Of a stretch of DNA of 54,529 bases, positions 44,370 through 54,494 are shown piece by piece. Each line of letters begins with the position of its first letter. The first letter of the stretch is position 1. The translations under genes were made by a program, and so were the position numbers. The notes below the pieces were generated by a model that was not told the DNA's origin, ran no database searches, and was given only the letters and a program-made list of their open reading frames with translations. The DNA comes from Candidatus Woesearchaeota archaeon (lineage in GTDB: Archaea; Nanobdellota; Nanobdellia; Woesearchaeales; JACPBO01): positions 1-54,529 of the forward strand of contig JACPBO010000003.1 in assembly GCA_016180285.1 (NCBI GenBank). The letters are read 5' to 3'.

Positions 44370-44945
44370 CTAGCCCTGTTTCTTGCATTGTTGCTGTTTT
44401 CCAATATCATACTTTTCTAAAAGATAGAAGAGAGCTTCTCTTCCTCTCAATATATGAGGCTTTTTGCTAGATCTGATTTCATTGGCTTTTCGCGAGTAAT
44501 GCATAAACCGAAATAGAGCAGTTAAGGCCACTGGAATTCCAACCACAGTTAAGACAGAACAGAAATATACGTTTTTGCAAATTTTTTTTCTTTTGACATT
44601 CCTTGTATAATCCCTAAATGTTTCTTCGTCAACATCTTGCCAAAGTGAAACTGCATGCCCCCATTCCTTGTAATATAAGTCTGCATCCTCACCTAATTCT
44701 ACACCTATCTTCCTAGTTTTATCATAGAATAATCTATGGATATCCATATCTAAGGTACTTTTTATCGTTCCAACTAGTTCGAAGTTATCTTTGGTATAAT
44801 TATAAACAACTTCCTTCGCTTCTCTCTCTAAACCCTTGACAGTGTCATTTACTTCTCTTAATACTTCATTTTGTTCAGCAACTGTCCTGGAAAGATCATC
44901 TTTTCGCCCATACGCTTCTCTCAATCTTAATGTTAAATTTTCCAT
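44370..44945 (-). CDS. hypothetical coiled-coil protein with one TM
   Basis: 191-aa ORF with GAGGT SD. Confidence 0.7.
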   Translation of the reverse strand: MENLTLRLREAYGRKDDLSRTVAEQNEVLREVNDTVKGLEREAKEVVYNYTKDNFELVGTIKSTLDMDIHRLFYDKTRKIGVELGEDADLYYKEWGHAVSLWQDVDEETFRDYTRNVKRKKICKNVYFCSVLTVVGIPVALTALFRFMHYSRKANEIRSSKKPHILRGREALFYLLEKYDIGKQQQCKKQG

Positions 44946-45074
44946 TTTCTTTTACCTCATTCAATCTATGTTAGTTATTATGATGAAGTAGTAACTAAAA
45001 GTATATAAATCTTTGTTGTTTATTTTGAACTACAATAGAAAGATTTAAATAAATGCTCAAATATAAACAAAATA

Positions 45075-45818
45075 ATGAACAACGAAGTATTAAAAAACAT
45101 TGGGCTTTCTGATCATGAAATAAAGGTTTACCTTTCTCTTCTTAGATTAGGGAGCGTAACAGCAACAAAAGTAGCACAAGAAACAAACACTGATAGAGCC
45201 ACCACATATAGATTCTTGGACTCACTAATCACCAGAGGTTTAGTAAATTATGTTATCCTCAACAATGTTAAATACTTCAAAGCAGTTCATCCGAAAAAAA
45301 TAAGTGAAGATCTAAAAAATCTTAAAGAAAGTTATGATCAGGTTTTGCCAGAATTGGAATCATTACTGAAATTACCCAGAGAGGAAACAAAAGTAGAACT
45401 ATACAAGGGAAAAGAAGGTCTTAAAACCATCATGAAAGATATTCTTAGAGAAAAGAAATCTTATACTTTTATTGGTGAAGTTGAAAAATTTTTCACAGAA
45501 TTATCTCCCTACATCATACAATGGTTGAAACGTGTAGAAGAAGCAAAAATAAGAGGTAAACTTATTTGTATAGAGGGGACATCATTTAAAGTAGCAAAAA
45601 CAGAACAATATAAATTAATATCTAAAAAATTTATTTCAAGGGTTTCCACATGGACATATGGTTCTAAGACGGCCTTATTTATCTGGTCTAACCCTTTATT
45701 TGGAGTTTTGATTGATAATGAAGATGTTACTAAAAGCAATTCATTACTATTCGATTTTCTATGGGGTTTAGCAAAAAAACCTACAAAACAACATGAAAAT
45801 AAAACAAGATTGGAATAA
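45075..45818 (+). CDS. TrmB-family transcription regulator
   Basis: LKNIGLSDHEIKVYLSLL..RATTYRFLDSLITRGLV; YKGKEG. Confidence 0.9.
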   Translation: MNNEVLKNIGLSDHEIKVYLSLLRLGSVTATKVAQETNTDRATTYRFLDSLITRGLVNYVILNNVKYFKAVHPKKISEDLKNLKESYDQVLPELESLLKLPREETKVELYKGKEGLKTIMKDILREKKSYTFIGEVEKFFTELSPYIIQWLKRVEEAKIRGKLICIEGTSFKVAKTEQYKLISKKFISRVSTWTYGSKTALFIWSNPLFGVLIDNEDVTKSNSLLFDFLWGLAKKPTKQHENKTRLE

Positions 45819-46005
45819 ACATTTTCTCCCCATTAAATCCTGATTTTTTGGAACTATGGTGCCTATTCTTTCTGCACGGTAAAAAACAACTTCTCGCTTA
45901 CTGACGTTCGCTCGACCTGTACATAAAGTGCAGGCAACATAACGGCGATAGGCAGAATATCTCGTGTTTTAAAATAACATCATTAAACAAAATAAAAAAA
46001 CAAAA

Positions 46006-47496
46006 TTAAATATCAAAATAAAGGTAAAACTCATAAGGATGCGGCCTTATTCTGATTGGGTCTATTTCCTTTTCCTTTTTATACTCAATCCATACATCTA
46101 TGACATCTTTTGTAAATACCCCTCCTTTCAAGAGAAACTCATGGTCTCTCTTTAATGCGGCAATCGACTCTGTTAAAGACCCCGGAACTGTGGGAACTTT
46201 AGCTGCATCTTCTGGCTCTAACTCGTAAGTATTTTTATCTAAGGGCTCGCCCGGGTCAATCTTATTCTGTATGCCATCCAGCCCGGCCATAAGCATCGCA
46301 GAAAATGCAAGATACGGGTTACAGCTGTTATCAGGCGGCCTGAACTCTATCCTTTTAGTCTTAGGATTTTCTGTGTAAACAGGAATGCGTATTGCAGCAG
46401 AGCGGTTTCTTTGCGAATATGCCATATTGACTGGAGCTTCATATCCGGGAACCAGCCTTTTGTAAGAGTTTGTAGTGGGCGCGCAGAATGCCATTAGCGC
46501 AGGCGCATGCTTTAATAGCCCTCCGATATAATATTTGGCGGTCTGGGAAATTAACGCGTAGCCGTCTGCATCAAAAAATATATTTTTGCCATCTTTCCAC
46601 AGGCTTTGATGCGTATGCATTCCAGATCCGTTATCGCCAAACAGCGGCTTGGGCATAAATGTTGCAACCATATTGTTTTTCTTGGCAATATTCTTTACTA
46701 TGTACTTGTACAGCAGGCATTTATCAGCCATCCTGACAAGGCTGTCAAACCTCATGTCAATCTCGCATTGCCCTGCAGTCGCAACTTCATGATGATGCAC
46801 TTCTATGCCGATGCCTGCTTTTATCATCGTCAGGATAATGCTGCTTCTCAAATCCTGCAGCGAATCATGCGGCGGGACTGGAAAATACCCTTCCTTGTAT
46901 CTGGGCTTATAGCCGAGATTCGGCTTTTCATCTTTGCCAGAATTCCATTCTCCTTCAACAGAGTCTATAAAATAATAGCTGGAATTTTCTGTCTGGTCAA
47001 ACTTTATGTCATTGAAGATGAAGAATTCCATTTCAGGCCCCCAGAAGCTTTGGTCAGCAATGCCTGTGCTTTTTAAATATTCCATAGCTTTTTTTGCAAT
47101 GTAGCGGGGATCGCGCGTATAGGGCTTTTTAGTTATCGGGTCATAGATATCGCAAATAATGCTTAAAGTCGGCACTTCGCATATTGGATCAACAAAAGCA
47201 GTTAAGGGGTCTAAATGCAGAATCATATCAGATTCCTGAATCTTCTGGAAGCCCCTGATGGAAGAGCCATCAAATCCAATCCCTTCAAACCAAATGGACT
47301 TGACAGGATCATCGATTTCTGCAAGCTCTGAAACAGGAATGGAAAAATGCTGCCATAAGCCAGGCAGGTCGTTAAATTTTAGGTCTATGATTTGAATGTT
47401 GTTGTCTTTAATAAGCTGCTCCACTCTCCGGATATCTTGCTCCTGAACTTCGCCATTCCACCGCGAAGAATTATTTAAAGATGCATTTTTTGGCAT
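46006..47496 (-). CDS. glnA: glutamine synthetase type I (beta subtype)
   Basis: [47 protein letters not shown]. Confidence 0.97.
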   Translation of the reverse strand: MPKNASLNNSSRWNGEVQEQDIRRVEQLIKDNNIQIIDLKFNDLPGLWQHFSIPVSELAEIDDPVKSIWFEGIGFDGSSIRGFQKIQESDMILHLDPLTAFVDPICEVPTLSIICDIYDPITKKPYTRDPRYIAKKAMEYLKSTGIADQSFWGPEMEFFIFNDIKFDQTENSSYYFIDSVEGEWNSGKDEKPNLGYKPRYKEGYFPVPPHDSLQDLRSSIILTMIKAGIGIEVHHHEVATAGQCEIDMRFDSLVRMADKCLLYKYIVKNIAKKNNMVATFMPKPLFGDNGSGMHTHQSLWKDGKNIFFDADGYALISQTAKYYIGGLLKHAPALMAFCAPTTNSYKRLVPGYEAPVNMAYSQRNRSAAIRIPVYTENPKTKRIEFRPPDNSCNPYLAFSAMLMAGLDGIQNKIDPGEPLDKNTYELEPEDAAKVPTVPGSLTESIAALKRDHEFLLKGGVFTKDVIDVWIEYKKEKEIDPIRIRPHPYEFYLYFDI

Positions 47497-47510
47497 TTAG
47501 CTCACCATTT

Positions 47511-47897
47511 TCATTTTTGTAATTTATTAAGCTCTTCTGACTCGCCGCCAATTGCAGCAACGCCCCTCTCTCCAGTTCTTATCCTTATGCAGTCTTCAAG
47601 GTCCACTATAAAAATCTTTCCATCGCCAACCTTGCCTTCTTTGCCATTAGTTCTTGCTCCTTTTGTAATTGCTTTAACTGTTTTTTCAACATAGCTTTCA
47701 TTTACTGCGATAAGCAGCATAACTTTCCTGTGCAATTCCACTTCTTCAATAACTCCCCTATATTCCTCTATAAACCCCTTTTGCTGGCCGCAGCCCCTTA
47801 CGTCTATCACAGTCATCATATGGATTTTTTCCTTAAACAGCTCTTCTTTTACATCCCTTAGTTTTTCCGGCCTCACTATAGCGATTATTAATTTCAT
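47511..47897 (-). CDS. glnK: PII nitrogen regulatory protein
   Basis: RGCGQQKG..YRG, GDGKIF, RIRTGE; linked to amt. Confidence 0.93.
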   Translation of the reverse strand: MKLIIAIVRPEKLRDVKEELFKEKIHMMTVIDVRGCGQQKGFIEEYRGVIEEVELHRKVMLLIAVNESYVEKTVKAITKGARTNGKEGKVGDGKIFIVDLEDCIRIRTGERGVAAIGGESEELNKLQK

Positions 47898-47908
47898 TTT
47901 TCACCACT

Positions 47909-49246
47909 CTAATCATTTGCAGCTGATATCGGGAAATCAGCATAGGCTTCTGCATTGTGCTCTGACAAGTCCAGGCCTTTAAGCTCGTCTTCTTTGCTTA
48001 CCCTTAATCCAATTATCATATCTATCAGCTTAAAAAACAAAAGCATGCTTCCTAAAACAAATACCGCTACACTAACCACTCCAACAAGCTGGCTAATAAG
48101 CTGGCCAAATCCGCCTCCAAAAAATAGCCCGTTAACTCCGCCAAATTCTTTTTGCGCAAACAAGCCAACTGCCAAAGTTCCCCATACTCCATTAACTGCA
48201 TGGCATGATACAGCGCCTACAGGGTCATCTACCTTAATTCTGTCAAAAAATGCTACTGCAAGAACATATAATATGCCTCCTATTGCCCCTATTATTATTG
48301 AGCTTGCTGGACTGACATTCGCAGTTCCGGCAGTTATCGCAACTAATCCGCCTAGTGTTGCCCCTAATGTTAATCCAACATCCGGCTTTTTATATTTTAT
48401 CCATGTAAAAATCATTGCGCTTACTGCAGCAGCGCATGCTGCCAAAGTAGTTGTAACTGCAATTGCTGCAATGCTCCAGTTATTTGCAGATAATGTTGAG
48501 CCTGGGTTAAAGCCATACCATCCAAACCACAAAAGGAAAACTCCTAAAGCTGCCAAAGTCATTGAATGCCCTTTTATTGGCTTGATTGTCTTGCCTATAT
48601 ATTTCCCTATTCTTGGGCCTAATATGATTGTTCCAGCCAAACCAGCATATCCTCCAACGCTATGCACAACTGTTGAGCCTGCAAAATCTATAAATGGCAT
48701 TGGCAGTTTGCTCAGCCAGCCGCCACCCCATATCCAATGGCCCACCAAAGGGTAGATTAGTGCTGTAATAAATACAGTATAAAATATATACCCAATAAAT
48801 TTAATCCTCTCGGCAACTGCCCCGCTCACTATTGTTGCTGCTGTTGCTGCAAAAACAACCTGGAACATCCAAAAGGCATACTGCCACATATCAGTTCCTC
48901 CAAAAAAGAAGTTGGTTTTGCCAAAAAATAAATTTCCAACTCCAAACATTAACCCAAAGCCAATAGCCCAGTATGCTAGCGCGCCACAGCAAAAATCCAA
49001 AAGGTTTTTCATCATTATATTACAGGCGTTCTTTGCCCTTGTAAAGCCAGTTTCAACCATTGCAAATCCTGCCTGCATCATAAACACCAAAAATGCAGCT
49101 ATCAAGACCCAAACAAAATCAATAGACTTTGCTGTCTTTTCCAATGTTATTTCTTGCGCAAAGGCGTATGAAGGCAGGAGAACAATAAAAAGAGAGCAGA
49201 TAATTGCGCCAATCAGTATTTTTACGGTTAATTTTTCTTTTATCAC
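47909..49246 (-). CDS. amtB: ammonium transporter
   Basis: MQAGFAMVETG, DFAGSTVVH, LWFGWYGFN, DDPVGAVSCH. Confidence 0.96.
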   Translation of the reverse strand: MIKEKLTVKILIGAIICSLFIVLLPSYAFAQEITLEKTAKSIDFVWVLIAAFLVFMMQAGFAMVETGFTRAKNACNIMMKNLLDFCCGALAYWAIGFGLMFGVGNLFFGKTNFFFGGTDMWQYAFWMFQVVFAATAATIVSGAVAERIKFIGYIFYTVFITALIYPLVGHWIWGGGWLSKLPMPFIDFAGSTVVHSVGGYAGLAGTIILGPRIGKYIGKTIKPIKGHSMTLAALGVFLLWFGWYGFNPGSTLSANNWSIAAIAVTTTLAACAAAVSAMIFTWIKYKKPDVGLTLGATLGGLVAITAGTANVSPASSIIIGAIGGILYVLAVAFFDRIKVDDPVGAVSCHAVNGVWGTLAVGLFAQKEFGGVNGLFFGGGFGQLISQLVGVVSVAVFVLGSMLLFFKLIDMIIGLRVSKEDELKGLDLSEHNAEAYADFPISAAND

Positions 49247-49260
49247 ATCAATCCCCTTTT

Positions 49261-49305
49261 TGATGAAATCTGAAAAATTTCAGATGTTTATATACTTTTT
49301 CATCA
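49261..49305. promoter_or_regulatory. nested palindromes in the amtB/Lrp divergent promoter
   Basis: ATCTGAAA-AA-TTTCAGAT (49268-49285); outer TGATGAAA..TTTCATCA. Confidence 0.65.
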
Positions 49306-49390
49306 GATTATTAAACAAAAAGCTAAAAATATCAGAAAAATTTAAATATATGTTTAGTTATATCATAAAAAATAAACGAAAAATAAACAA

Positions 49391-49849
49391 ATGTCAAACT
49401 CAAAAATTGGGCTGGATAATGTAGATAAAGAGATAATAAACATCCTGATAACCGACCCCAGATTGTCATACCGGGAAATAGCAAAAGCCGTAAAAGTTTC
49501 AGCTGCTACTGCAATGAACAGGATAAGAAAACTGGAAAAAGAGAAAGTAATTAAACGGTATACAACAATACTGGATTATGATGAGATCGGCTTTGACGTT
49601 GAGGTTTTAATTGAAATAAGGATATCCAAGGGAAAATTATTTGAAGTCGAGAAAAAAATAGCCAGCCACCCCAATGTATTTGCCGTTTACGATATTACCG
49701 GGGATTTTGATGCCTCCATCTTGGCCAGATTCAAAAACAGGAAGGAAATGGACAGCTTTCTTAAAAAGATACAGACGTATGATTTTGTAGAGAGAACATT
49801 CACAAAATTCATTCTTCATACGATCATGGAAAAAGAAATCAGCCTGTAA
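49391..49849 (+). CDS. Lrp/AsnC-family regulator
   Basis: LDNVDKEII..DPRLSYREIA..RIRKLEKE; YDITGDFD. Confidence 0.93.
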   Translation: MSNSKIGLDNVDKEIINILITDPRLSYREIAKAVKVSAATAMNRIRKLEKEKVIKRYTTILDYDEIGFDVEVLIEIRISKGKLFEVEKKIASHPNVFAVYDITGDFDASILARFKNRKEMDSFLKKIQTYDFVERTFTKFILHTIMEKEISL

Positions 49850-49903
49850 TTTTATTTGTCAAAACAAAAATGTTTATAAACTACCTTGCTCACATTCAAA
49901 GCC

Positions 49904-50758
49904 ATGTTAGAAGAGCTTTATTCGCTTGATTTTATTGAAAGGCATTCTATAATCGCATTTGTAATGGGTCTTGCCTATTCTGTGATCGGCATTGGAGCTG
50001 CCCTTATCCTGTTTCCTGAGGATCCTGCTATTGTTGCTGTGGCATTTACATCAATAATGATGCTGCCTACATTGAGGAAATTGCTGAAGCGCGAGGAAGA
50101 AAATGAGAGCAAGAAAGAAGGCTTCAGCTTGTTTGGATTTTTCTTTGAGCATAAGGCCCTGTTCAAGGTCTACACATTTTTATTTTTAGGCATTTTACTG
50201 TCATTCTCGATTTTTGCCTTGATTCTGCCGAGCCTTGCAACAAACCACATCTTCAGGAATCAAATAGGCGTGCTTTATGGAGCTACAGCCGGCGGAGCAA
50301 TATTCAGCTCAGGCTTGTTTAAAGACATTTTTTTCAACAATCTCGGCGTTTTAATATTGTGCTTTATCGCTGCCTTTATCTTTGGCGATGGAGCAATCTT
50401 CCTGCTCACTTGGAATGCCTCTGTGTGGGGCACAATATTTGGGAATCTGGCTAAAACAGCTGCCTTGAATGCGGGCCAGAATCCGTTCATCTACTTTATC
50501 GTTGTTTTTGTTGTTGTTTTCCCGCACATGATATTGGAAGCATTCTCTTACTTCTGCTCAGCTTCAGCAGGCGGAATAATATCAAAGGCAATAGTTAAGG
50601 AAAGCTTTTTCTCAGAAAAATTCCTCAGGATAATAAAGAACACACTGATCCTGTTCGTATTCGCAGTCATAGTTCTGGTCATTGCTGTATCGATTGAAAC
50701 TTATGTTCTCGGCAACGTAGAAGTCTATAAGATAATAATTCAGAGGAGCTTTTTATGA
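49904..50758 (+). CDS. SpoIIM/DUF95-like membrane protein
   Basis: IFFNNL, WNASVWG, PHMILE, IETY; ATG at 49904 preferred over TTG. Confidence 0.8.
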   Translation: MLEELYSLDFIERHSIIAFVMGLAYSVIGIGAALILFPEDPAIVAVAFTSIMMLPTLRKLLKREEENESKKEGFSLFGFFFEHKALFKVYTFLFLGILLSFSIFALILPSLATNHIFRNQIGVLYGATAGGAIFSSGLFKDIFFNNLGVLILCFIAAFIFGDGAIFLLTWNASVWGTIFGNLAKTAALNAGQNPFIYFIVVFVVVFPHMILEAFSYFCSASAGGIISKAIVKESFFSEKFLRIIKNTLILFVFAVIVLVIAVSIETYVLGNVEVYKIIIQRSFL

Positions 50759-50837
50759 AGAGTATAACGGTAATCTTCTAACAAATTTTCATTAAAAATA
50801 GTAATATTTAAATACTAGTATTACTTTATTACCTTAT

Positions 50838-51083
50838 ATGGGAGAAGTAAAAACTATAAAGGGAGTGGATGCTGATAGCTGGAGCTTTTTTAAAAGCATT
50901 GCCGCCAAAAATAACATGAAGATGGGAAAATTATTTGAGAATATGGTGGAAGCATACAAAGAAAAATCCAGCAATGCATGGGATAAAATATTAAATCCAG
51001 GGTATAAGATTAGTGAAAAAGAAGCGGCGTATATGAAAAAAGCGATAAGGAAAATCAGAAAGGACATTGGGTTCAGGGCATGA
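50838..51083 (+). CDS. putative VapB-type antitoxin
   Basis: KTIKGVDADSW RHH-like start; overlaps the PIN gene; AGTAATA..TATTACT palindrome over the TATA box (50800-50825). Confidence 0.75.
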   Translation: MGEVKTIKGVDADSWSFFKSIAAKNNMKMGKLFENMVEAYKEKSSNAWDKILNPGYKISEKEAAYMKKAIRKIRKDIGFRA

Positions 51084-51478
51084 CGTTAGCATTGAACAGC
51101 TCCATATTGATGAGCATTGAAAAAGGAAATGCTGACATTAAGAAAAAGCTAAAGGAGCTGTCAGAGAAGCATGAGGGGCCGCCAGTTATAACTTTCATTA
51201 CATATTTTGAATTCTTAGTGGGCATACAGGAGAGAAGCGCTAAAAACAGGGAAAAGGCTTTGTCTTTTATTAATGAATTCGGGGTTTTAAAAATCAATAA
51301 GGAAACAGCCCAAATTCTGTCTGATTTAAAATACAAGTATGACGAAAAGGGAATAACCCTGCCTTTAGCTGATTTTTTAATTGCAGCACAGGTAATCGAG
51401 AATAATATGCTGCTTGTAACAGCTGACAAGGATTTTGAAAGGATAGACGAGCTAAGAAAAACGGTAATAGCCGAATAA
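51080..51478 (+). CDS. vapC: VapC/PIN-domain protein
   Basis: ITYFE, LPLADFLIAA, LVTADKDF; the first acidic position is Asn. Confidence 0.85.
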   Translation: MTLALNSSILMSIEKGNADIKKKLKELSEKHEGPPVITFITYFEFLVGIQERSAKNREKALSFINEFGVLKINKETAQILSDLKYKYDEKGITLPLADFLIAAQVIENNMLLVTADKDFERIDELRKTVIAE

Positions 51479-51536
51479 AATCCAAAAACCTTATAAATAA
51501 AACAATAACTTTCATGCTAACCAAAAACAAGGTGAT

Positions 51537-51938
51537 ATGATGGGAGAGATAAGGCAGGCAAACGCTGTTTCAATGAAGAAAGGCAATTACATAATAATAG
51601 ACGGCGTGGCATGCGTTGTCAATGGCACGCAGACTTCAAAGCCCGGAAAGCACGGCCATTCAAAAGTAAGGATTGATGCTGAAGGCATCTTGGACGGCAA
51701 AAGCAGGCAGATTGTCATGCCTGGCCAGGATATGGTTGACATCCCCATAATAGACAAAAGGACTGCTCAGGTTCTTTCAATACACGGCGATGCTGCCAAT
51801 GTTATGGACTCTGAGACTTACGAAACTTTTGACTTAAATATTCCGGAAGAATTAAAGGGCCAGGTTACAGAAGGCGTTAATGTGCTTTACTGGACTGTTT
51901 TGGATGAAAAGGTCATGAAGCAGATAAAAACAGGTTAA
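51537..51938 (+). CDS. eif5a: translation factor aIF-5A
   Basis: SKPGKHGHSK hypusine loop. Confidence 0.96.
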   Translation: MMGEIRQANAVSMKKGNYIIIDGVACVVNGTQTSKPGKHGHSKVRIDAEGILDGKSRQIVMPGQDMVDIPIIDKRTAQVLSIHGDAANVMDSETYETFDLNIPEELKGQVTEGVNVLYWTVLDEKVMKQIKTG

Positions 51939-51940
51939 AA

Positions 51941-52102
51941 ATGGTAAAATTTCCAGAAGCTGATATGAGAATTTTCCGCAACAAGTTTGTATGCAGGAGA
52001 TGCAACACTGTAATCAGCTCTTCAAATCTGAAGATAATTGCTGGCAAGATCAAGTGCAGGAAATGCCATGGAAGGGCATTCAGGCCTAAAAGGAAGAAAT
52101 AA
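51941..52102 (+). CDS. rpl40e: 50S ribosomal protein eL40 (absent from the ORF track)
   Basis: MVKFPEA..VCRRC..KCRKC..FRPKRKK, 53 aa, read by hand. Confidence 0.9.
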   Translation: MVKFPEADMRIFRNKFVCRRCNTVISSSNLKIIAGKIKCRKCHGRAFRPKRKK

Positions 52103-52104
52103 GA

Positions 52105-53316
52105 ATGAATATTGCTGATATTGTCTCAATAAGCGCGTTTGTATTGCTGATGGCTTTCTTCTTATATAAGAAAAGAGATAAAATTGCCATTGAAAAAATT
52201 ATTTATCCTGCGCTTTACATGATTATGTACAGGACTTCTTTCGGCCTTAAATTCATGAACAGCTTTGCAAAAAAGCGCAGAAACCTTGTGCAGTTTTTAG
52301 GCTATACTTTTATCGGCCTTGCTTTTTTAGGCATGGTTTACATATCTGTTGCAATAATCATTGTCATAATTATGTTTTTAATAAAGCCCGCTGCTGTTGA
52401 CACTGGCTTTGTGCTTGTTCTGCCCGGCACTTCAATCCCCGGCATCGGTTATTTATCGTTCTGGTACTGGATCATCTCAATTTTCATACTTGCGCTTGTC
52501 CATGAATTTGCGCACGGCATTGTTGCAAGAGCGCATGATCTTGACCTTAAAAGCAGCGGCTTTGCTTTTCTCGCAATATTCCTGCCTGTAATTCCTGCTG
52601 CCTTTGTTGAGCCTGATGAAAAAAAATTAGTCAAGCGAAAAGACATTGTGCAGTATTCTGTATTTGCAGCAGGCCCAATGGCAAATCTTATCTTAGCTTT
52701 AATTATCTTTTTATTGATGCCATATGTGTGGAACCCGTCTGCTTATGCCCCTTTTGAAACGAAGATTACGGAGGCGGTTGGCTTTTCATTCTCTGTCCCG
52801 AATGCAACAGCTCCAAGCGCAATTGCCGGAATAGAGTCAGGCATGGTTTTCAATTCAATAGACCATGTAAATGTTACTGATTCAATGCTATTCTTAAGAA
52901 CAATGCTCAGCCTTAGGCCAAACCAGACTGTTGTTTTGGAAAGCAATAATAAAACGTACACTGTTGCAGCAGCAGAGCATCCTGATTTGAAAGGGGCGGG
53001 TTATTTTGGCGTTAACTTGAACAGCATAAAGAACGAAAGAAGGATAAAGAACGAATACAAATCAATTTCTCCTGCTTATTATTGGTTTAAAGGCCTGTTC
53101 AAATGGCTTTTCATCCTGAACTTTTTGATCGGCCTTGCCAACTTGCTGCCTCTCGGCGTAGTTGACGGCGGAAGGATGCTGCAGGTTGCATTGCACAATA
53201 TAATGAAAGACAAGAAAAAAGCAAATAAAGTATGGGGATTCATAACATTATTATTTATTCTGCTGCTTGTTGTCGGTTTAGCAGGCCATTATCTGAAAGC
53301 CTGGGGAGTGTTCTAA
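52105..53316 (+). CDS. site-2 protease (M50) with PDZ-like insert
   Basis: HEFAH, AAFVEPDE, AGPMAN, NLLPLGVVDGG. Confidence 0.93.
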   Translation: MNIADIVSISAFVLLMAFFLYKKRDKIAIEKIIYPALYMIMYRTSFGLKFMNSFAKKRRNLVQFLGYTFIGLAFLGMVYISVAIIIVIIMFLIKPAAVDTGFVLVLPGTSIPGIGYLSFWYWIISIFILALVHEFAHGIVARAHDLDLKSSGFAFLAIFLPVIPAAFVEPDEKKLVKRKDIVQYSVFAAGPMANLILALIIFLLMPYVWNPSAYAPFETKITEAVGFSFSVPNATAPSAIAGIESGMVFNSIDHVNVTDSMLFLRTMLSLRPNQTVVLESNNKTYTVAAAEHPDLKGAGYFGVNLNSIKNERRIKNEYKSISPAYYWFKGLFKWLFILNFLIGLANLLPLGVVDGGRMLQVALHNIMKDKKKANKVWGFITLLFILLLVVGLAGHYLKAWGVF

Positions 53317-53364
53317 CGTTTTAAAATAAAAATATTTAAATATGGGAGATAAATTCATTACGCT

Positions 53365-53724
53365 ATGGGCAAGCTAGTTAAATTGACCGAGAGAATTGAA
53401 CATCTGGCCAGAAGGCTGGGAAATGTTTATGATGTAAAAATTGGTTTTATTGCTATGAGCCACTATATCAATTCATGTTATGATCTGGTCAATAAAGGAA
53501 TAATGGAAAGAGAAGCAAAGGCAATGATTAACTTTGATTATGATGGGATAACGAAATCAAGTGCGGATCTTCTCAGCATAGAAAATAATTTCAATCACGA
53601 ATTTCCAAATTCATTCTTTGGAGAAGTGGGTGGTTTGGCATATTGCATCTCCAGAATCAAAAGAGTACGTAAAGTTTGTGAGCATTTTGAATCTATTGAC
53701 TACAAGCTATCCATTCTTCAATAA
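53365..53724 (+). CDS. hypothetical protein
   Basis: 119-aa ORF with its own TTTAAATA box. Confidence 0.6.
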   Translation: MGKLVKLTERIEHLARRLGNVYDVKIGFIAMSHYINSCYDLVNKGIMEREAKAMINFDYDGITKSSADLLSIENNFNHEFPNSFFGEVGGLAYCISRIKRVRKVCEHFESIDYKLSILQ

Positions 53725-53798
53725 TTTCTCTCAATGCACGATTGTATAAGAGTTTCCAACCAACAACATTTAAATAACCCTTCTTATTCCCCTAATCC

Positions 53799-54494
53799 AT
53801 GTTATCAATTGTCTTAATCGAGCCAGAGTATCCGTCCAACATCGGCGCAATTGCCAGAGCCATGGCTAATTTTGATTTCAATGACCTTATCCTGATCAGC
53901 CCGAAATGCAATCATCTGGATAAAGAAGCCATATTAAGGGCAAAGCACTCTTCATCGAAAATCCTGAAAAATGCGAAAATAAAGAATTTTTCTTATTTAA
54001 ACAGCTTTGATTATCTTATCGGAACAACCTCGAGAATAGGCACAGATTATAATATTCCCAGATCTCCTCTGAATATTGATAAATTTCTGAGTATTTTAAA
54101 AAAAATAAACACTAAAAAGTCAAAAATCGCATTATTGTTCGGCAGAGACGGCGCTGGCTTAAACAACAAAGAAATCCAGAAATGCGACTTTATCGTCGCA
54201 ATTCCCTCTTCTCCAAAATACACGGCATTGAACATAAGCCATGCTGCTGTTATTTTGCTTTATGAAATCTTCAAAAATTCAAAAAACAGCAAAATAGGGG
54301 AAAACATAGCTTTTGCCAACAAAAAAGACAAGGATGTTGTTTTGAATTATGTTTATAAGGCATTGGACAAAATGACTTTCCAGACAAAAGCAAAAAAAGA
54401 AACTCAGAAGAAAATCTGGAAAAGAGTTATTGGAAAATCAATGCTAACAAGAAGGGAGGCATTTGCTCTGTGCGGCTTCTTTAAGAAAATATAA
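53799..54494 (+). CDS. trmJ: TrmJ/TrmH-family SPOUT RNA methyltransferase
   Basis: NIGAIARAMANF, LLFGRDGAGL, ALNISHA. Confidence 0.88.
   Translation: MLSIVLIEPEYPSNIGAIARAMANFDFNDLILISPKCNHLDKEAILRAKHSSSKILKNAKIKNFSYLNSFDYLIGTTSRIGTDYNIPRSPLNIDKFLSILKKINTKKSKIALLFGRDGAGLNNKEIQKCDFIVAIPSSPKYTALNISHAAVILLYEIFKNSKNSKIGENIAFANKKDKDVVLNYVYKALDKMTFQTKAKKETQKKIWKRVIGKSMLTRREAFALCGFFKKI

Larger units (their letters stand above)
44221..45837. mobile_element. cassette bounded by 16-bp perfect inverted repeats
   Basis: TTTAATGGGGAGAAAA (44221-44236) / TTTTCTCCCCATTAAA (45822-45837); mobility inferred. Confidence 0.55.

Noticed and set aside
47955..48755. Long antisense ORFs (e.g. 47955..48755, 842..1372, 2591..3142, 46606..47076)
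   Set aside because: Shadows of well-supported genes on the opposite strand, with no motifs or start signals.
50766..51468. AACGGTAAT direct repeat flanking vapBC
   Set aside because: Only 9 bp, and the second copy is inside the vapC coding sequence.
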